From a virus: DNA of 64,000 bases. Each line of letters opens with the position of its first letter. Positions within the stretch are counted from its first letter, which is position 1. Positions 8,251 to 18,279 of the stretch are shown here, piece after piece. A program made the translations under genes and the position numbers. The notes under the pieces were generated by a model. The model made no database searches and had not been told where the DNA came from. It saw nothing but the letters and a program-made list of their open reading frames with translations. Where the stretch lies: positions 1 through 64,000 of the IMG/VR virus record IMGVR_UViG_3300030110_004856. One strand, given 5' to 3'.

Positions 8251-9977
8251 CGCAGGTACCCTTGGTTGGAGAGACGGCGTTGGATGGACTCAGGAAGGTT
8301 GGTCAAAGTTGGCTGTTGACGCGGTCGTGTAACAACCTCTAGATCAGAATTTCCGATGCCATTAGCACCGGTATAAGCCGCTTCTACCGCATTACTACCA
8401 AGATCAGAAACCGCTTCAACACCAGCAAAAGAAGATGGAGTCTGTTGATTCATCTGCGGTGCACTGAGTGCTTGTCGTTGCAGTTCATAAGCTAGACCTG
8501 GGTTACTCATAGCCCACTGAGTGTTTGCCTCTTCCTGAAGACCACTCAACTCAGAAACAGCTGCAGCAATAAGAGCCTTTCTAGCCGTTTGATTAGCGTA
8601 GTTGTCTCGATCACGGTAGTAGTCTCCAATGTTTGAGTACTTTTCAGGAGACATCGGCTCTGTGTATTTGTCGATCACTCCATCAATTCCACCGTACTGC
8701 TGATTGGTTTGCCTGCGTCTTTCGTCTGCTCCGTTATTACTGATAACTGAGCCCCCTGGAGAGAATGGGCGGACGTTGGAAGGTGTCTCCATTTCCTGCT
8801 GTACGGAAGAAGTAATAGCAGTTTCACCTGTGGTGATCCCCTTGCCTGCTTGCTCTAAAAGCAGAAGATCAGCAGCAGTCAAGCCTCCCTGAGAAGTATC
8901 AACTGCAGGAGTCTGAGAAAGAGTGTTTGGAGAAGGTGCCACAGCCGTGACAGAGTCCGCTGCTCCACTCATCGGCATTTCGCCTTGTACTCGATCGGCT
9001 TGTCCCTGGCTGAGTCCGTAAAGTCCTGCGCCTAGACCTGCAGCCCCTGACACACCAAGTGCTGCAAGAACACGTGGATCGGAGAGGTCAGTTAGAAAAG
9101 AGCCTTCAGCAGTAGGGCGAACATTACGAAGCGCAGCAGGAACTTGAAAGGTCTCGTCAACTAACCCCGCTAATGGATTGGAAGTGTCAATACCCCTTCC
9201 AAACAAGTTTCCTTGACCATCAGGAATACGGTTGAGATAACTAGGAGAATCAACACGATCCACCAAGCGACCACCGTCTTGTGCCATGCTGCGAATTTGG
9301 CGAGTCGCATTAGGACTTGCGGCAGCTTGAGGGTTGTACATCTGACCCCCAGTGCTTCCGCCTGCAGGTCTTTGTACACCTCTAGAAGTTGTGTACGGTT
9401 GCTGAGCAGTAGATCCTGCAGGGTTGCGAAGATCGAGTCTTCCCTGAGCAGCGTCTGTCGTAGTCCCTGTAGGACGCATGACTGGCCGCGCTTGTGGAGG
9501 TAGCGAACTTCTCAACGCCACCTCAGATTGAGGAGGAGTAACTGTGTTAGGAAACTCAGGACGAGGAGCAACGTTCCCAGGAACACGACCATTTGGTGCA
9601 ACTGCTACAGGTCTTACTCCACCGGGATTTCCTACAAGTTCACTCGGAGAAGTGCCTCTAAAGCCACGGGTGGGAGCACCTGGACCTACTGCAAACTCAG
9701 GTACTGGTGCTTGCCGTGCAACAGGAGCAATATTTGTAGTCCCAATCAAACCACCACGGGCAGTTCCTGATCCACCGTAAGTGTCCCTAGCGATTCGACT
9801 CTGCGCAGGTCCAAGTTGTAACCCACGAGCTACATCGTCAGTGATTTCAGGAACATTAGACATAGCTTGTCTGGCAATTGCCAGAGACGCAGCTACGTCA
9901 GGAGTTAAATTCTTTCCTCCTCCTCTTACTAAATCAAAAAGAGACCCAACTAGACCTCTCGTGAGTTTGCCTGTCAT
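8247..9977 (-). CDS. large low-complexity putative internal virion/ejection protein
   Basis: 576 aa, Pro/Gly/Ala-rich, one glycine-rich hydrophobic helix (LAALGVSGAAGLGAGLYGL). Confidence 0.65.
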   Translation of the reverse strand: MTGKLTRGLVGSLFDLVRGGGKNLTPDVAASLAIARQAMSNVPEITDDVARGLQLGPAQSRIARDTYGGSGTARGGLIGTTNIAPVARQAPVPEFAVGPGAPTRGFRGTSPSELVGNPGGVRPVAVAPNGRVPGNVAPRPEFPNTVTPPQSEVALRSSLPPQARPVMRPTGTTTDAAQGRLDLRNPAGSTAQQPYTTSRGVQRPAGGSTGGQMYNPQAAASPNATRQIRSMAQDGGRLVDRVDSPSYLNRIPDGQGNLFGRGIDTSNPLAGLVDETFQVPAALRNVRPTAEGSFLTDLSDPRVLAALGVSGAAGLGAGLYGLSQGQADRVQGEMPMSGAADSVTAVAPSPNTLSQTPAVDTSQGGLTAADLLLLEQAGKGITTGETAITSSVQQEMETPSNVRPFSPGGSVISNNGADERRRQTNQQYGGIDGVIDKYTEPMSPEKYSNIGDYYRDRDNYANQTARKALIAAAVSELSGLQEEANTQWAMSNPGLAYELQRQALSAPQMNQQTPSSFAGVEAVSDLGSNAVEAAYTGANGIGNSDLEVVTRPRQQPTLTNLPESIQRRLSNQGYLR

Positions 9978-10009
9978 TAGACCTAGCTGGGCTACTACTT
10001 CGTTCTATA

Positions 10010-10630
10010 TTAACGCCAATTGGCAAAGAAATATAATCTGTCAGCACGTGATACGTCAGGAGGTCCAGGAAGGGCCTGAATAAACTCTCCTCCACTTCGT
10101 TCGAATCTATAGCGAGCTGCTACAGGGTCTTTGTAGTTGGCGACATACAGCATTTCTGCAAGACGATTGGTTTCGTACAAGTAGTTTTCACGCCAAACAC
10201 GGGCTACCTGTTGCTTGTCTTGAACGGTGATTGAACGTTGAACGTCACCCAAGATTGTTTCTTGTCTACTTGAAGCATCACCTGTGGCAAGTTCCGTGAA
10301 CCTTTCAGCTTCCTCACATCGCTCAATTTGAGCAACAATTTTGTCGTAGTAGTACTCAGAAGGAATAGATGATGTAGCTTCTATTAGTCGTGCGTAGTCA
10401 CCAGCAGGAACTGTAGCAATATTGTAACCCAGATGATAAGCTACACGACTAAAGTTAAAATCGTCAAGTCTGTAGCCAAAGGTTTGGGCTGGATTGCGCG
10501 TTAGCTGATTAACAGCAGCGTATACAACCTCACGCTTAGTTGCATCTGTGCTAGTAGCGTCGAAAGTGACACCCTGCTGAGCCAGATACGATTGAATTTG
10601 TTCTAACTCAAATTGCGAAAGCTGAGCCAC
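10010..10630 (-). CDS. putative head-tail adaptor/head completion protein
   Basis: helical 206 aa downstream of capsid genes; function inferred from position. Confidence 0.5.
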   Translation of the reverse strand: MAQLSQFELEQIQSYLAQQGVTFDATSTDATKREVVYAAVNQLTRNPAQTFGYRLDDFNFSRVAYHLGYNIATVPAGDYARLIEATSSIPSEYYYDKIVAQIERCEEAERFTELATGDASSRQETILGDVQRSITVQDKQQVARVWRENYLYETNRLAEMLYVANYKDPVAARYRFERSGGEFIQALPGPPDVSRADRLYFFANWR

Positions 10631-10663
10631 TTACCACAACCACGAATTAGTTTTATTCTACTT

Positions 10664-11110
10664 CTACTCTACGAATACCAGTCCAGTCTCAAAAACAGCG
10701 TCCCAGTCAACACGTTTAATTGAAGCAAGTTGATCAAGCTTGGTGAATCGCTCTCCTGGAAGAGTTTGTTTGAGTTCGACAATCTCCTTAGCTGTTTTAA
10801 GACCTACTCCTGGAAGCACTTGGGTGAGACCCTCTGCAGTCAGCGTGTTTAGGTTGACACGGTTGTCTGTAGGGACTTGGGGTTTGACCACAGCTGCTGC
10901 AGGCGGAGCGGAAATTTTTCTTTTACCGCGCCGATTTCTTGACAGTGTGTCGTTGTTTGGAGATGGTGTATCTTGCTGCTCTACCTGATCTCTGTGGGCA
11001 AAGAAGACCTTGCTTGAGGTCAGAGACCTTACCATGTGATATTCGCCATCGTCATGAGTAGAGAGGATAACGACCTTAATTCCACTGGGTTTGTAGATCG
11101 TGTCGGACAT
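10664..11110 (-). CDS. helix-hairpin-helix (ComEA-like) DNA-binding protein
   Basis: RVNLNTLTAEGLTQVLPGVGLKTAKEIV...RFTKLDQL. Confidence 0.85.
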   Translation of the reverse strand: MSDTIYKPSGIKVVILSTHDDGEYHMVRSLTSSKVFFAHRDQVEQQDTPSPNNDTLSRNRRGKRKISAPPAAAVVKPQVPTDNRVNLNTLTAEGLTQVLPGVGLKTAKEIVELKQTLPGERFTKLDQLASIKRVDWDAVFETGLVFVE

Positions 11111-11135
11111 AAACAAACAGTATGTAGGCAGTACT

Positions 11136-11411
11136 TTAATCTAAACCATGAAAATCGGCACCCCAAGAAGTGTGTGCTTCACTTCCAACTCCTTCGAGAA
11201 ACTCTTTTCGCTTTTCCCAAGTGTCTCCTCCTTCTTTACCTTTCATAGCATTAATACACATACTACTTTGCGCAACGTTACACACAAGACCAGCTAAATC
11301 AAGCTCGTTACCTCGATTTCCAGTAGCCCAGTAGTGAACTCCGTTAAGCCATAAAGCACCGCATTTAGGACACTCCTTACGATTGATGCTGAGCTGTGAA
11401 GTGTCTGTCAC
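11136..11411 (-). CDS. small Zn-binding hypothetical protein
   Basis: CPKC...C...C, GGDTWEKR. Confidence 0.7.
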   Translation of the reverse strand: MTDTSQLSINRKECPKCGALWLNGVHYWATGNRGNELDLAGLVCNVAQSSMCINAMKGKEGGDTWEKRKEFLEGVGSEAHTSWGADFHGLD

Positions 11412-11460
11412 GATACTAACGGTACAGATAATATATATATTCTACTCAGTTTGTGTAGAC

Positions 11461-11488
11461 AAAAAAAAGACCCCTCCGAAGAGGGGTC
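11461..11488 (-). terminator. rho-independent terminator after capsid operon
   Basis: GACCCCTC-TTCG-GAGGGGTC-T8 on minus strand. Confidence 0.95.
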
Positions 11489-11510
11489 GTCCGTGTTCCA
11501 GCTAATCTTA

Positions 11511-12389
11511 TCAGCTGGGGGACGTAGACGTGTAAACAGAAGATTCTGTAAGACCGTCGGGCTGAAGAGCCACATCCTGACGCTCCGGGGGAGAGTCGGG
11601 GAGGATCCAGCAGACTTCGCAGATTGCGAGAGCCTTTTCGTCGCCAGACAAGAAGTTGTTGGCGGCGCGAGGATCGTAGACACCAGAACCTGCAACCACG
11701 GGGGAGGCATTGGTTGTTGCGAAGAGCTTCCACTGAGTTTCCGCAGTAGTAGCTTCCAGCTGACTGGAGTCGATGATGTTGGTGGAAGCAACCGACCCAT
11801 TAGGGATGCGGCGGTCAGCACCAATGGCAGAGACTGCAAAACCACCCGATACAACAGTGTTGTCAGTCGGATAGCCTTCGCCCACGGCGGGAGCCAGGGA
11901 CAAAGTAGGTGCAGTTTCTGAGCCAGGGATGCCAGAGCTGACCACGTCTCCTCCGGTGATCCGCAGAGAAGCGCGGTAGCAGTAGACGCCTGAAGGCACC
12001 TGAATACCGTCAGCAATATCCTGACGAACGTCCTTATGGAAGTCCGGTGAAGGAATGATGACGGCAGCGTCACTAAAAGCAACGTTGGATTTGCCGTTGG
12101 GGGAGCTGTTAACACCAGAGCCATAGGCTTGGGTGTAGTACTCCAGCTGGTTAACGGAACCCAGAGCCTGGTAGCTCAGGTCAACGTAACCAATTGCTTG
12201 TTGAGCAATCCAACCGGGACGGAAGATGACGCCGACAGGACCACCAACAGGCTGGTTGGTGTAGCTCGTAGAAACGCCATTGGCGTTCTCGAACTGCATG
12301 GTTTTTTCTTCGTGCCAGTAACGAAGAACGTTCGCGTAGTTGCCAGGATAAATCTTGGCGACTGAGATCTGGTTCGGATTAATTGCCAT
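11511..12389 (-). CDS. putative minor capsid/decoration protein
   Basis: directly after major capsid gene, before strong terminator; beta-rich. Confidence 0.6.
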   Translation of the reverse strand: MAINPNQISVAKIYPGNYANVLRYWHEEKTMQFENANGVSTSYTNQPVGGPVGVIFRPGWIAQQAIGYVDLSYQALGSVNQLEYYTQAYGSGVNSSPNGKSNVAFSDAAVIIPSPDFHKDVRQDIADGIQVPSGVYCYRASLRITGGDVVSSGIPGSETAPTLSLAPAVGEGYPTDNTVVSGGFAVSAIGADRRIPNGSVASTNIIDSSQLEATTAETQWKLFATTNASPVVAGSGVYDPRAANNFLSGDEKALAICEVCWILPDSPPERQDVALQPDGLTESSVYTSTSPS

Positions 12390-12400
12390 AGTTAGTTACC

Positions 12401-13516
12401 TCAAGCCTCGAAGGAGTAACCAACGGTCACGAAGTCTGCATTCAGCAGTTCGAAACCAGCATACAGGCTCCAGATCATCATGATGAATCGTGAGAAGTCA
12501 TCATTGTTGTTCAGGAGAACCTGAGCGTTGTTGCCGCCGATGCCGACGCCAACAGACTGAGGACCGAAGAACATACCGATCGCAGCATTGTAATCAGCGG
12601 CTGCACCGGCAATAGTTGCGTTCTGGCTTTGTGAAGGCATGTTAGTGGATTCGAAGAATCGCACACCTTCAAAGACAAAGCCCGTGGGCATGATCGGCTC
12701 GCCAGCCACGAAGGTAGCCTGACCGAAGCCCTGACCCATATACAGCGCAGCGTTAGGCTGCATTGCTGACATAAGGGGATTGATCTGACCGTTACCGGGG
12801 TAGCGAGCCACCTCACGGAAGTCAGAATTCTGACGCAAGTGCATCAAGAATGTAGGGTCGCAAACGCAGCGGTAGAACCCGTCCTGGTAGGTAGGGGTGT
12901 TGCGCTTACGGAGCGACTTGACCACGCGGAGGAGGTCATCTTTAACGTCGAACTTGGCCTGCTCGGCGTTGGTGTAGGTGAGTGCTCCCGTGGCAAGATC
13001 GCCAGGGAAGTAGTAACCACCTTGCTTATCAGATGATTGGCCTTTAGAAACAGCTTTCAGAAGCTCGTTAATAAAGACGCGATCACGCCAACGACGGTAG
13101 TCATCCAGCAGCGTAAGGCTACCGATTGACTGGTGGAAGGTGGTGAGATTACCAGTATCAAGAAGCAGACGTTGCGCTGTAATCAGCGTCTCACGTGCAA
13201 TCTTGAAGGTTGAAGGTTGAGTCGGATCAGAAGGATCCGCAGGTCCGGTGTACTCACGAAGAGTTACAAGGACTTTGTCCTTGACAATGTTGCGTGAGTT
13301 AGCTGTACCGATGGTCTGCTCAGCTGTACGCTCGCGAGACTCCTTCGATCCAGGATTGCCGAAGAACTTGTAGCGGTCAAGCTGAACAGTCTGACCCGGC
13401 TGCTTTGAGAAATCATGGACGATTACAGGCTCTGCAGCCATTTCCACGATGTAAGCCGGGTGGGGACGATACAGTTCCGCACCAAGAATCTTCGGAAAAT
13501 CATTATCGATGAACAT
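12401..13516 (-). CDS. major capsid protein (HK97 fold, probably N4-gp56-like)
   Basis: 371 aa; 'DFSKQPGQTVQL', 'VTLREY', 'FEGVRFFES', 'DDFSR...W..YAG' patterns; biased codon use; position after portal and scaffold. Confidence 0.85.
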   Translation of the reverse strand: MFIDNDFPKILGAELYRPHPAYIVEMAAEPVIVHDFSKQPGQTVQLDRYKFFGNPGSKESRERTAEQTIGTANSRNIVKDKVLVTLREYTGPADPSDPTQPSTFKIARETLITAQRLLLDTGNLTTFHQSIGSLTLLDDYRRWRDRVFINELLKAVSKGQSSDKQGGYYFPGDLATGALTYTNAEQAKFDVKDDLLRVVKSLRKRNTPTYQDGFYRCVCDPTFLMHLRQNSDFREVARYPGNGQINPLMSAMQPNAALYMGQGFGQATFVAGEPIMPTGFVFEGVRFFESTNMPSQSQNATIAGAAADYNAAIGMFFGPQSVGVGIGGNNAQVLLNNNDDFSRFIMMIWSLYAGFELLNADFVTVGYSFEA

Positions 13517-13597
13517 CGATAAGTTCCGTAGAAACTACCTGCTAAGTCTACGTTGTAGTGACACTAAAACACTACGTGAATGTCGCATTCTTAGCGT

Positions 13598-14809
13598 CTA
13601 CTTTACGATGACACCAGCGGAGTTGACACTAGCGCTAAAGGTTCGCTGTACGTTTCTTGCAGCTTCACCGATTACGCCATAGACACCGCCATAGTTTGTG
13701 ACATATATAGAGGACTTGCCTCTATACATACGACGAATGTTGCTGTCCAAAGTTCCAGGGAGCTTAGGTCGCACGATCTCGCTAAAAGTTTCGCAGTAAA
13801 CAGGAGGGTTGTACTTCCACGCAGCTCTAGATCCTGATGTATCTGCTGTTGGATTAGTCAGTGTCGGGTACTGAGTACGGGGGTAGGAGACACCACCCCC
13901 TGTACTTCCGTTCTGTTGTCCGTCTGCTTGAGGGGTTTGGAACGGAGCGTAGGCTTGGTTATTAGGTGCATTAGCACCCCACCACGTATAAGCTCCCTTA
14001 CTTCTCAGACCAGGCTGCCCCCCAAGAGCGGTTTGAGGTGTTGAGGCAGTGTTGCTTTTGTAGAGATTCTGGTACCTAAAACCGTCCTGGAGGGTGAGCT
14101 GACCAGAAACTGCTGGATACTCAAAAAAGTTATAGTTGCTCCAGTAACCAGGGACTGCCGGAGGAACAGTTCTCCAGTTTGTGGTTTGGTAGAGACGATT
14201 ATTAGTAGGTATACCTCCGTAGGGGAAGTTTGTATTACCACCCATATTTGGGTGTATCTGACAGTAGGGGTAAATAACTTCCGTTGGAAGTAGCTGACCT
14301 ACTACTCTTACAAACGCACCAGGAGTTCCCGCTGATCCTGAATACGTAACTCCGTCAGTTAAAAGGGTTCCTCCTGCATGTGTTCCGTCTGCAGTGAGAC
14401 TGAGTTTAAAAGGATGAGGTATAAGTGAAACGTCTGAAATATCGAAAGTGTATGTGCTCCCCTCAAAAATAAAAAAGTTGGTGTTTTCGACCCCGTCAAA
14501 GTAGAAGCGATTACCAGCAGAAGTATTGACCACCGTTACTGTGATGGTTTTGTTTTCTGGGTACGTGGGTTGGTTAATTTCCGACGCAAAAGTCATCGGA
14601 GGACCAGGGGTAATAATCCCGAAATCTGGTCCGTCGTTAAGAACGGTGTAATAACTTTGCTGTTTGCCGTTAGGCATTCGGTATCCACTTGATACCAATT
14701 TGTACGTATCTGTTAAATCGAGAGTATCCTCTGTGCGCTGTGGGCCTGACTGTATATTGTGATAAAGGTTCTTATCGTACTTCCAGTTAGTCTGAGATGC
14801 GTAAGTCAT
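13598..14809 (-). CDS. virion-cluster protein with inserted cupredoxin-like domain
   Basis: TYTFD...HPF...YPYCQIHPNMGG. Confidence 0.7.
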   Translation of the reverse strand: MTYASQTNWKYDKNLYHNIQSGPQRTEDTLDLTDTYKLVSSGYRMPNGKQQSYYTVLNDGPDFGIITPGPPMTFASEINQPTYPENKTITVTVVNTSAGNRFYFDGVENTNFFIFEGSTYTFDISDVSLIPHPFKLSLTADGTHAGGTLLTDGVTYSGSAGTPGAFVRVVGQLLPTEVIYPYCQIHPNMGGNTNFPYGGIPTNNRLYQTTNWRTVPPAVPGYWSNYNFFEYPAVSGQLTLQDGFRYQNLYKSNTASTPQTALGGQPGLRSKGAYTWWGANAPNNQAYAPFQTPQADGQQNGSTGGGVSYPRTQYPTLTNPTADTSGSRAAWKYNPPVYCETFSEIVRPKLPGTLDSNIRRMYRGKSSIYVTNYGGVYGVIGEAARNVQRTFSASVNSAGVIVK

Positions 14810-14870
14810 ACTCTTCTCCCTGCTTTTTGAATCCTAGATCATTTAAAGTATTTATAGTTTCCGGGAGCCG

Positions 14871-15242
14871 ATGAACTACCTCGCCGAGAAAGCTCTCGAT
14901 GTCTTGACAGATGACCCGGAACAATTTATGGCTGCGATGTCAGGGTCGATCACAGATTCTATTTTGCACCCAAAAAAACTAATACCGTGTTTGCTAAAAA
15001 CAGCGGTAGTTGGTTTCTTCTTGGCTGAGTTCGTTAGTCCTGCTATTGCAGAAAGATTAGAACTCAGTCCCAAAGAAGCTGTAGCCCTTTCATTCATCTG
15101 CGGATATGCAGGAATAAGAGGACTAAGGATTGCAGAAGATATGGTGTTGAAAAAGGTTCAACCGATGGGAGGGGCAAGCGAGATGTCCACGCCTTCGTCA
15201 AAACCGTCAGAAGAAGCACCTTCTACAACTTCTGCTGACTGA
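14871..15242 (+). CDS. putative holin/membrane protein
   Basis: 2-3 hydrophobic helices, 'ALSFICGYAG' holin-like motif. Confidence 0.6.
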   Translation: MNYLAEKALDVLTDDPEQFMAAMSGSITDSILHPKKLIPCLLKTAVVGFFLAEFVSPAIAERLELSPKEAVALSFICGYAGIRGLRIAEDMVLKKVQPMGGASEMSTPSSKPSEEAPSTTSAD

Positions 15243-15343
15243 GTGACTTCAGTTGTTTTTTTGTTGGGTTGCGCTTTTGCTTCAACAGGAGCTACTTGCA
15301 GAGGAACCATGCGAGTGCCAGCAGCATCAGGAGACAGAGCCAT
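15158..15343 (-). CDS. small hypothetical protein
   Basis: ATG with upstream TAGTAT box; overlaps convergent holin 3' end. Confidence 0.5.
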   Translation of the reverse strand: MALSPDAAGTRMVPLQVAPVEAKAQPNKKTTEVTQSAEVVEGASSDGFDEGVDISLAPPIG

Positions 15344-15376
15344 TTCTTAAACCTGTAAGTGAGCTAATACTAAGTC

Positions 15377-15410
15377 AAAAAAATACCCCCGCAGTCGTCA
15401 TGCGAGGGTA
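15377..15410 (-). terminator. rho-independent terminator after scaffold gene
   Basis: TACCCTCGCA-loop-TGCGGGGGTA followed by T run. Confidence 0.85.
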
Positions 15411-15458
15411 AAGAGTCCACAAAGTCCGGTCTTGTTAGAAGACCGATTTAAGCCTAGA

Positions 15459-16391
15459 TCAGGCTCCTTCCATAAACAAGAGCTTGTTGCGCATTGCGTC
15501 TTGGCCCATGCTCTGCAGATAACGCCAAGCGTTCTCAGGGTTGCGGTTCATAACTTCAGAGAAGCCTTCCCACTGCTGCTGAGGAGCTGCAGATCCTTGC
15601 TGGCCACCGGCACCAGCGGGAACAGCAGGCATGTCGAACTGCTGCTGATACTGCTGCTGGGGCTGCTGATAACCAACTTGCTGTCCAGCGCCGTCGCCGA
15701 TATCCACGGGGTAAACCTCAGTAAAATAGCGGTCGGTGTAATCAGCCAGGTGATCAGGGTTAGTCAGAATCTGATGCATCGCACCAGCCTGCTGGTTCAA
15801 AGCGTCGTAACGCTGAGACTGATCAATCAGCATGTCCTCAAGAGCACATGAGTACTGATTGAGGATTCCAGGAGCCTCGATACCGAAGTGCCTAACGACT
15901 TCTTCGCTTACGTTGCTTAGGCTGATTTGGCTGGGTGCCGTAGAAGCCTGCGAGGAAGTTTGGGTCGGTGAGGCGCTGGTAGGCAATGTCTGCGCTGCCT
16001 GCGGTTCCTGGTAAGCCCAAGGCTGGGCCTGTGAAGGCTGACTGAGCGTTGCTGTATCCGCCTGTGGCGCTTGATTGAGCGACCACTGAGTCGGGCTGGG
16101 GGATGGGGAGTTGACCTGGGTCAGCACCCGCTCCAGCGAACCCATCGCTGCTTCCCAAGGATTGCTCGGGGAGGACTGCGACGGAGACTGGCTGTACTGG
16201 TTGCTGGTAATAGGGGCCGTAGCCTGTGTTACCTGCTGTGGCGAGGGGGCTGTAGGTACCGAAGCTGCCACCGGGGTAGCTGCTTGGGGCACCCACTGGG
16301 GATAAGCGGTTGAACCCTGGTCGCTGGTTACCGTCGGGGCTACCGCCGGGGAGACCGGGCTCGGGGTCGAAGCTTGGATCTGCTGGCTCAT
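15459..16391 (-). CDS. putative capsid scaffolding protein
   Basis: Gln/Pro-rich with coiled coil, between portal and capsid, followed by terminator. Confidence 0.7.
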   Translation of the reverse strand: MSQQIQASTPSPVSPAVAPTVTSDQGSTAYPQWVPQAATPVAASVPTAPSPQQVTQATAPITSNQYSQSPSQSSPSNPWEAAMGSLERVLTQVNSPSPSPTQWSLNQAPQADTATLSQPSQAQPWAYQEPQAAQTLPTSASPTQTSSQASTAPSQISLSNVSEEVVRHFGIEAPGILNQYSCALEDMLIDQSQRYDALNQQAGAMHQILTNPDHLADYTDRYFTEVYPVDIGDGAGQQVGYQQPQQQYQQQFDMPAVPAGAGGQQGSAAPQQQWEGFSEVMNRNPENAWRYLQSMGQDAMRNKLLFMEGA

Positions 16392-18117
16392 AGCTACCCG
16401 AATAAGTTAGTTCTTCAGCGAGATGGTCAAACGTCCTGTAAAGGAGCGGTGTGATGTTCAGTCTAGGATCAGCCGCAAGTGGTTGATCTGGCGCAAGTGG
16501 GTGCGGTGATTGCAACATCTGGCTTAATAATACCAGGAATTGTTGCATTGCTGCTTGAGTTTGTTGAACCATACGGAATGGGAAACCCTGCAGCATTTCC
16601 GCTCTTTCGTTGTCAGTTTTCTCAGGGAAAAGGAATTTCAGTGCTTCCACACTGTCTACTCCTAGTTCCTGCAGGTTTCTGACAACAATCGACTTCTGGT
16701 TGATGTCGTAAGCGGTATCTTCGTATACGTCACCTTGGTAACGATACGTCACCTCACGCTCACCGTCCTCAGGAAGACCAACTACACCAGAAGGAACTTT
16801 GCCCTTCTCGATAGCGGTCTTAATCTCCTGATCCACCTTGATATCAAAGCGGCGAAGAGAAGTTTGATACTTCTCATTCGACTCAGGAGTTTGCTCCTTT
16901 GGAGGTGAGGGAACTTTCATTCCCGAAGCAACAATAAAGGACTCTCGGAAAATTTGTTCCTGGTGGTAGATAATCATTTCCAACAAACGGCAGAATCCGT
17001 AGGTCAGAAACGACTTATTTTTCCGCAGAGCAGTTGCTTGCGCTCTACCTGTGAGACCTTTGATCTCTGTGGCAGTTGCACCAGCTGAAATCGAGATCTC
17101 GTCGACTCCGCCAAGCGCTGTACGAATTTCTTCGCGTAGTAACAGCGCATAACGGTTCATATCCCCAGACACAGGGTCTGGAGTCATGTAACCGACTCGA
17201 TCTGAAGGCTCAATGTTCGCAATAATTCGCGGAACACGGAGCCCACCACCCATAGCGGTGCCAAAAGGCTCGCTAACCCTTGTTGAGGGGGTGGTTTGAC
17301 CCGCAAATCCGCTCTGACTGCTGATTGTCGGGCGGAAAGTGTTCTGAGCGTCGTTAGCTTCGACCAGATCACTACGGGGCCGAGAACTAATCAGCGTAGG
17401 GTTACCAAAGAACTCAATATTCTTGGCAACATTGCGAATAATTTGATCATGGAGCACGATTTGCTCCATAAATGGGTCAAATTCGCCCTCACCTTCGGTT
17501 CCTGATGCGTTGGGCTTGTTTAGAACCTCTACAGCAGGCACAAAACCCAGAGTATTCTTTCTTGTGTTGGATGGAGTCAGGACACTTCCAGGTTCCAGCT
17601 CAAAACTAAGCTCAGAATCACTCTCGTTTTCTGTTATTTCGTCTGCTGTAATAGCCAAACGAACGTATCTTTTGTTCTGCCCGTATGTTGTTGAAGGCAG
17701 ACCTAAGTTGCTATTCTTAACTCTATAGCTATAGAGAATGACAACTTCCTCGACAGAGCCGTTGAGGTCGTGGTAGACCCGATATTGGTTTTTGTTGAAG
17801 AAATAGATCTGATACTTCAGTTTTTCATCAGGACGGAAGTAAAACAAACCACAACCGTCGATCAGGAAGTTCCTGATAATCGAAGGAAATCGAATATCAA
17901 GCCTGTTGAGGGCAATAACGTCTTCTAAGAACCTAGAACGACTCTTATAGGTGTCTTGTTCACAGTAGAAGGTGATACCCTTCTTGATCATGTACAGGAC
18001 CATCTGCTGGATGTGACTAAGCACAACCATCGTCGCTGATTGATTTGAGCGATCCTGAGTCCTTGCGGCTTCTAGGATCTCCTCAAACCGGTTTCTGATT
18101 TCAGTTGAGGATGACAT
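15892..18117 (-). CDS. portal protein with long C-terminal extension
   Basis: 'NTLGFVPAVEV', 'GEGEF', 'ATATEI' portal-type motifs; size and position. Confidence 0.8.
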   Translation of the reverse strand: MSSSTEIRNRFEEILEAARTQDRSNQSATMVVLSHIQQMVLYMIKKGITFYCEQDTYKSRSRFLEDVIALNRLDIRFPSIIRNFLIDGCGLFYFRPDEKLKYQIYFFNKNQYRVYHDLNGSVEEVVILYSYRVKNSNLGLPSTTYGQNKRYVRLAITADEITENESDSELSFELEPGSVLTPSNTRKNTLGFVPAVEVLNKPNASGTEGEGEFDPFMEQIVLHDQIIRNVAKNIEFFGNPTLISSRPRSDLVEANDAQNTFRPTISSQSGFAGQTTPSTRVSEPFGTAMGGGLRVPRIIANIEPSDRVGYMTPDPVSGDMNRYALLLREEIRTALGGVDEISISAGATATEIKGLTGRAQATALRKNKSFLTYGFCRLLEMIIYHQEQIFRESFIVASGMKVPSPPKEQTPESNEKYQTSLRRFDIKVDQEIKTAIEKGKVPSGVVGLPEDGEREVTYRYQGDVYEDTAYDINQKSIVVRNLQELGVDSVEALKFLFPEKTDNERAEMLQGFPFRMVQQTQAAMQQFLVLLSQMLQSPHPLAPDQPLAADPRLNITPLLYRTFDHLAEELTYSGSYEPADPSFDPEPGLPGGSPDGNQRPGFNRLSPVGAPSSYPGGSFGTYSPLATAGNTGYGPYYQQPVQPVSVAVLPEQSLGSSDGFAGAGADPGQLPIPQPDSVVAQSSATGGYSNAQSAFTGPALGLPGTAGSADIAYQRLTDPNFLAGFYGTQPNQPKQRKRRSR

Positions 18118-18123
18118 TCAGAG

Positions 18124-18279
18124 TCACTTGTCCTTTTTACGCATTTCCTTGGCCTTACGAGCCTTCTCAAGAGCAGACTTACGCTTCTCCTGATTGCCTC
18201 CCTCTTCTTTTTTCTCGTCATCTTCTCCTTGCTTTTTCTTGAACCTCTCTAGGAGTTCAGGCGGCATCTTGTTCGTCAT
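18124..18279 (-). CDS. small highly charged protein (not in ORF track)
   Basis: MTNKMPPELLERFKKKQGEDDEKKEEGGNQEKRKSALEKARKAKEMRKKDK, 51 aa, fills the gap before the portal. Confidence 0.7.
   Translation of the reverse strand: MTNKMPPELLERFKKKQGEDDEKKEEGGNQEKRKSALEKARKAKEMRKKDK

Noticed and set aside
11408-12124. 238-aa alternative-frame ORF over the minor capsid gene
   Set aside because: Runs through a strong terminator; composition typical of an off-frame read
12390-12403. Capsid stop readthrough into the next gene
   Set aside because: In-frame TAA follows two codons later; no obvious slippery site
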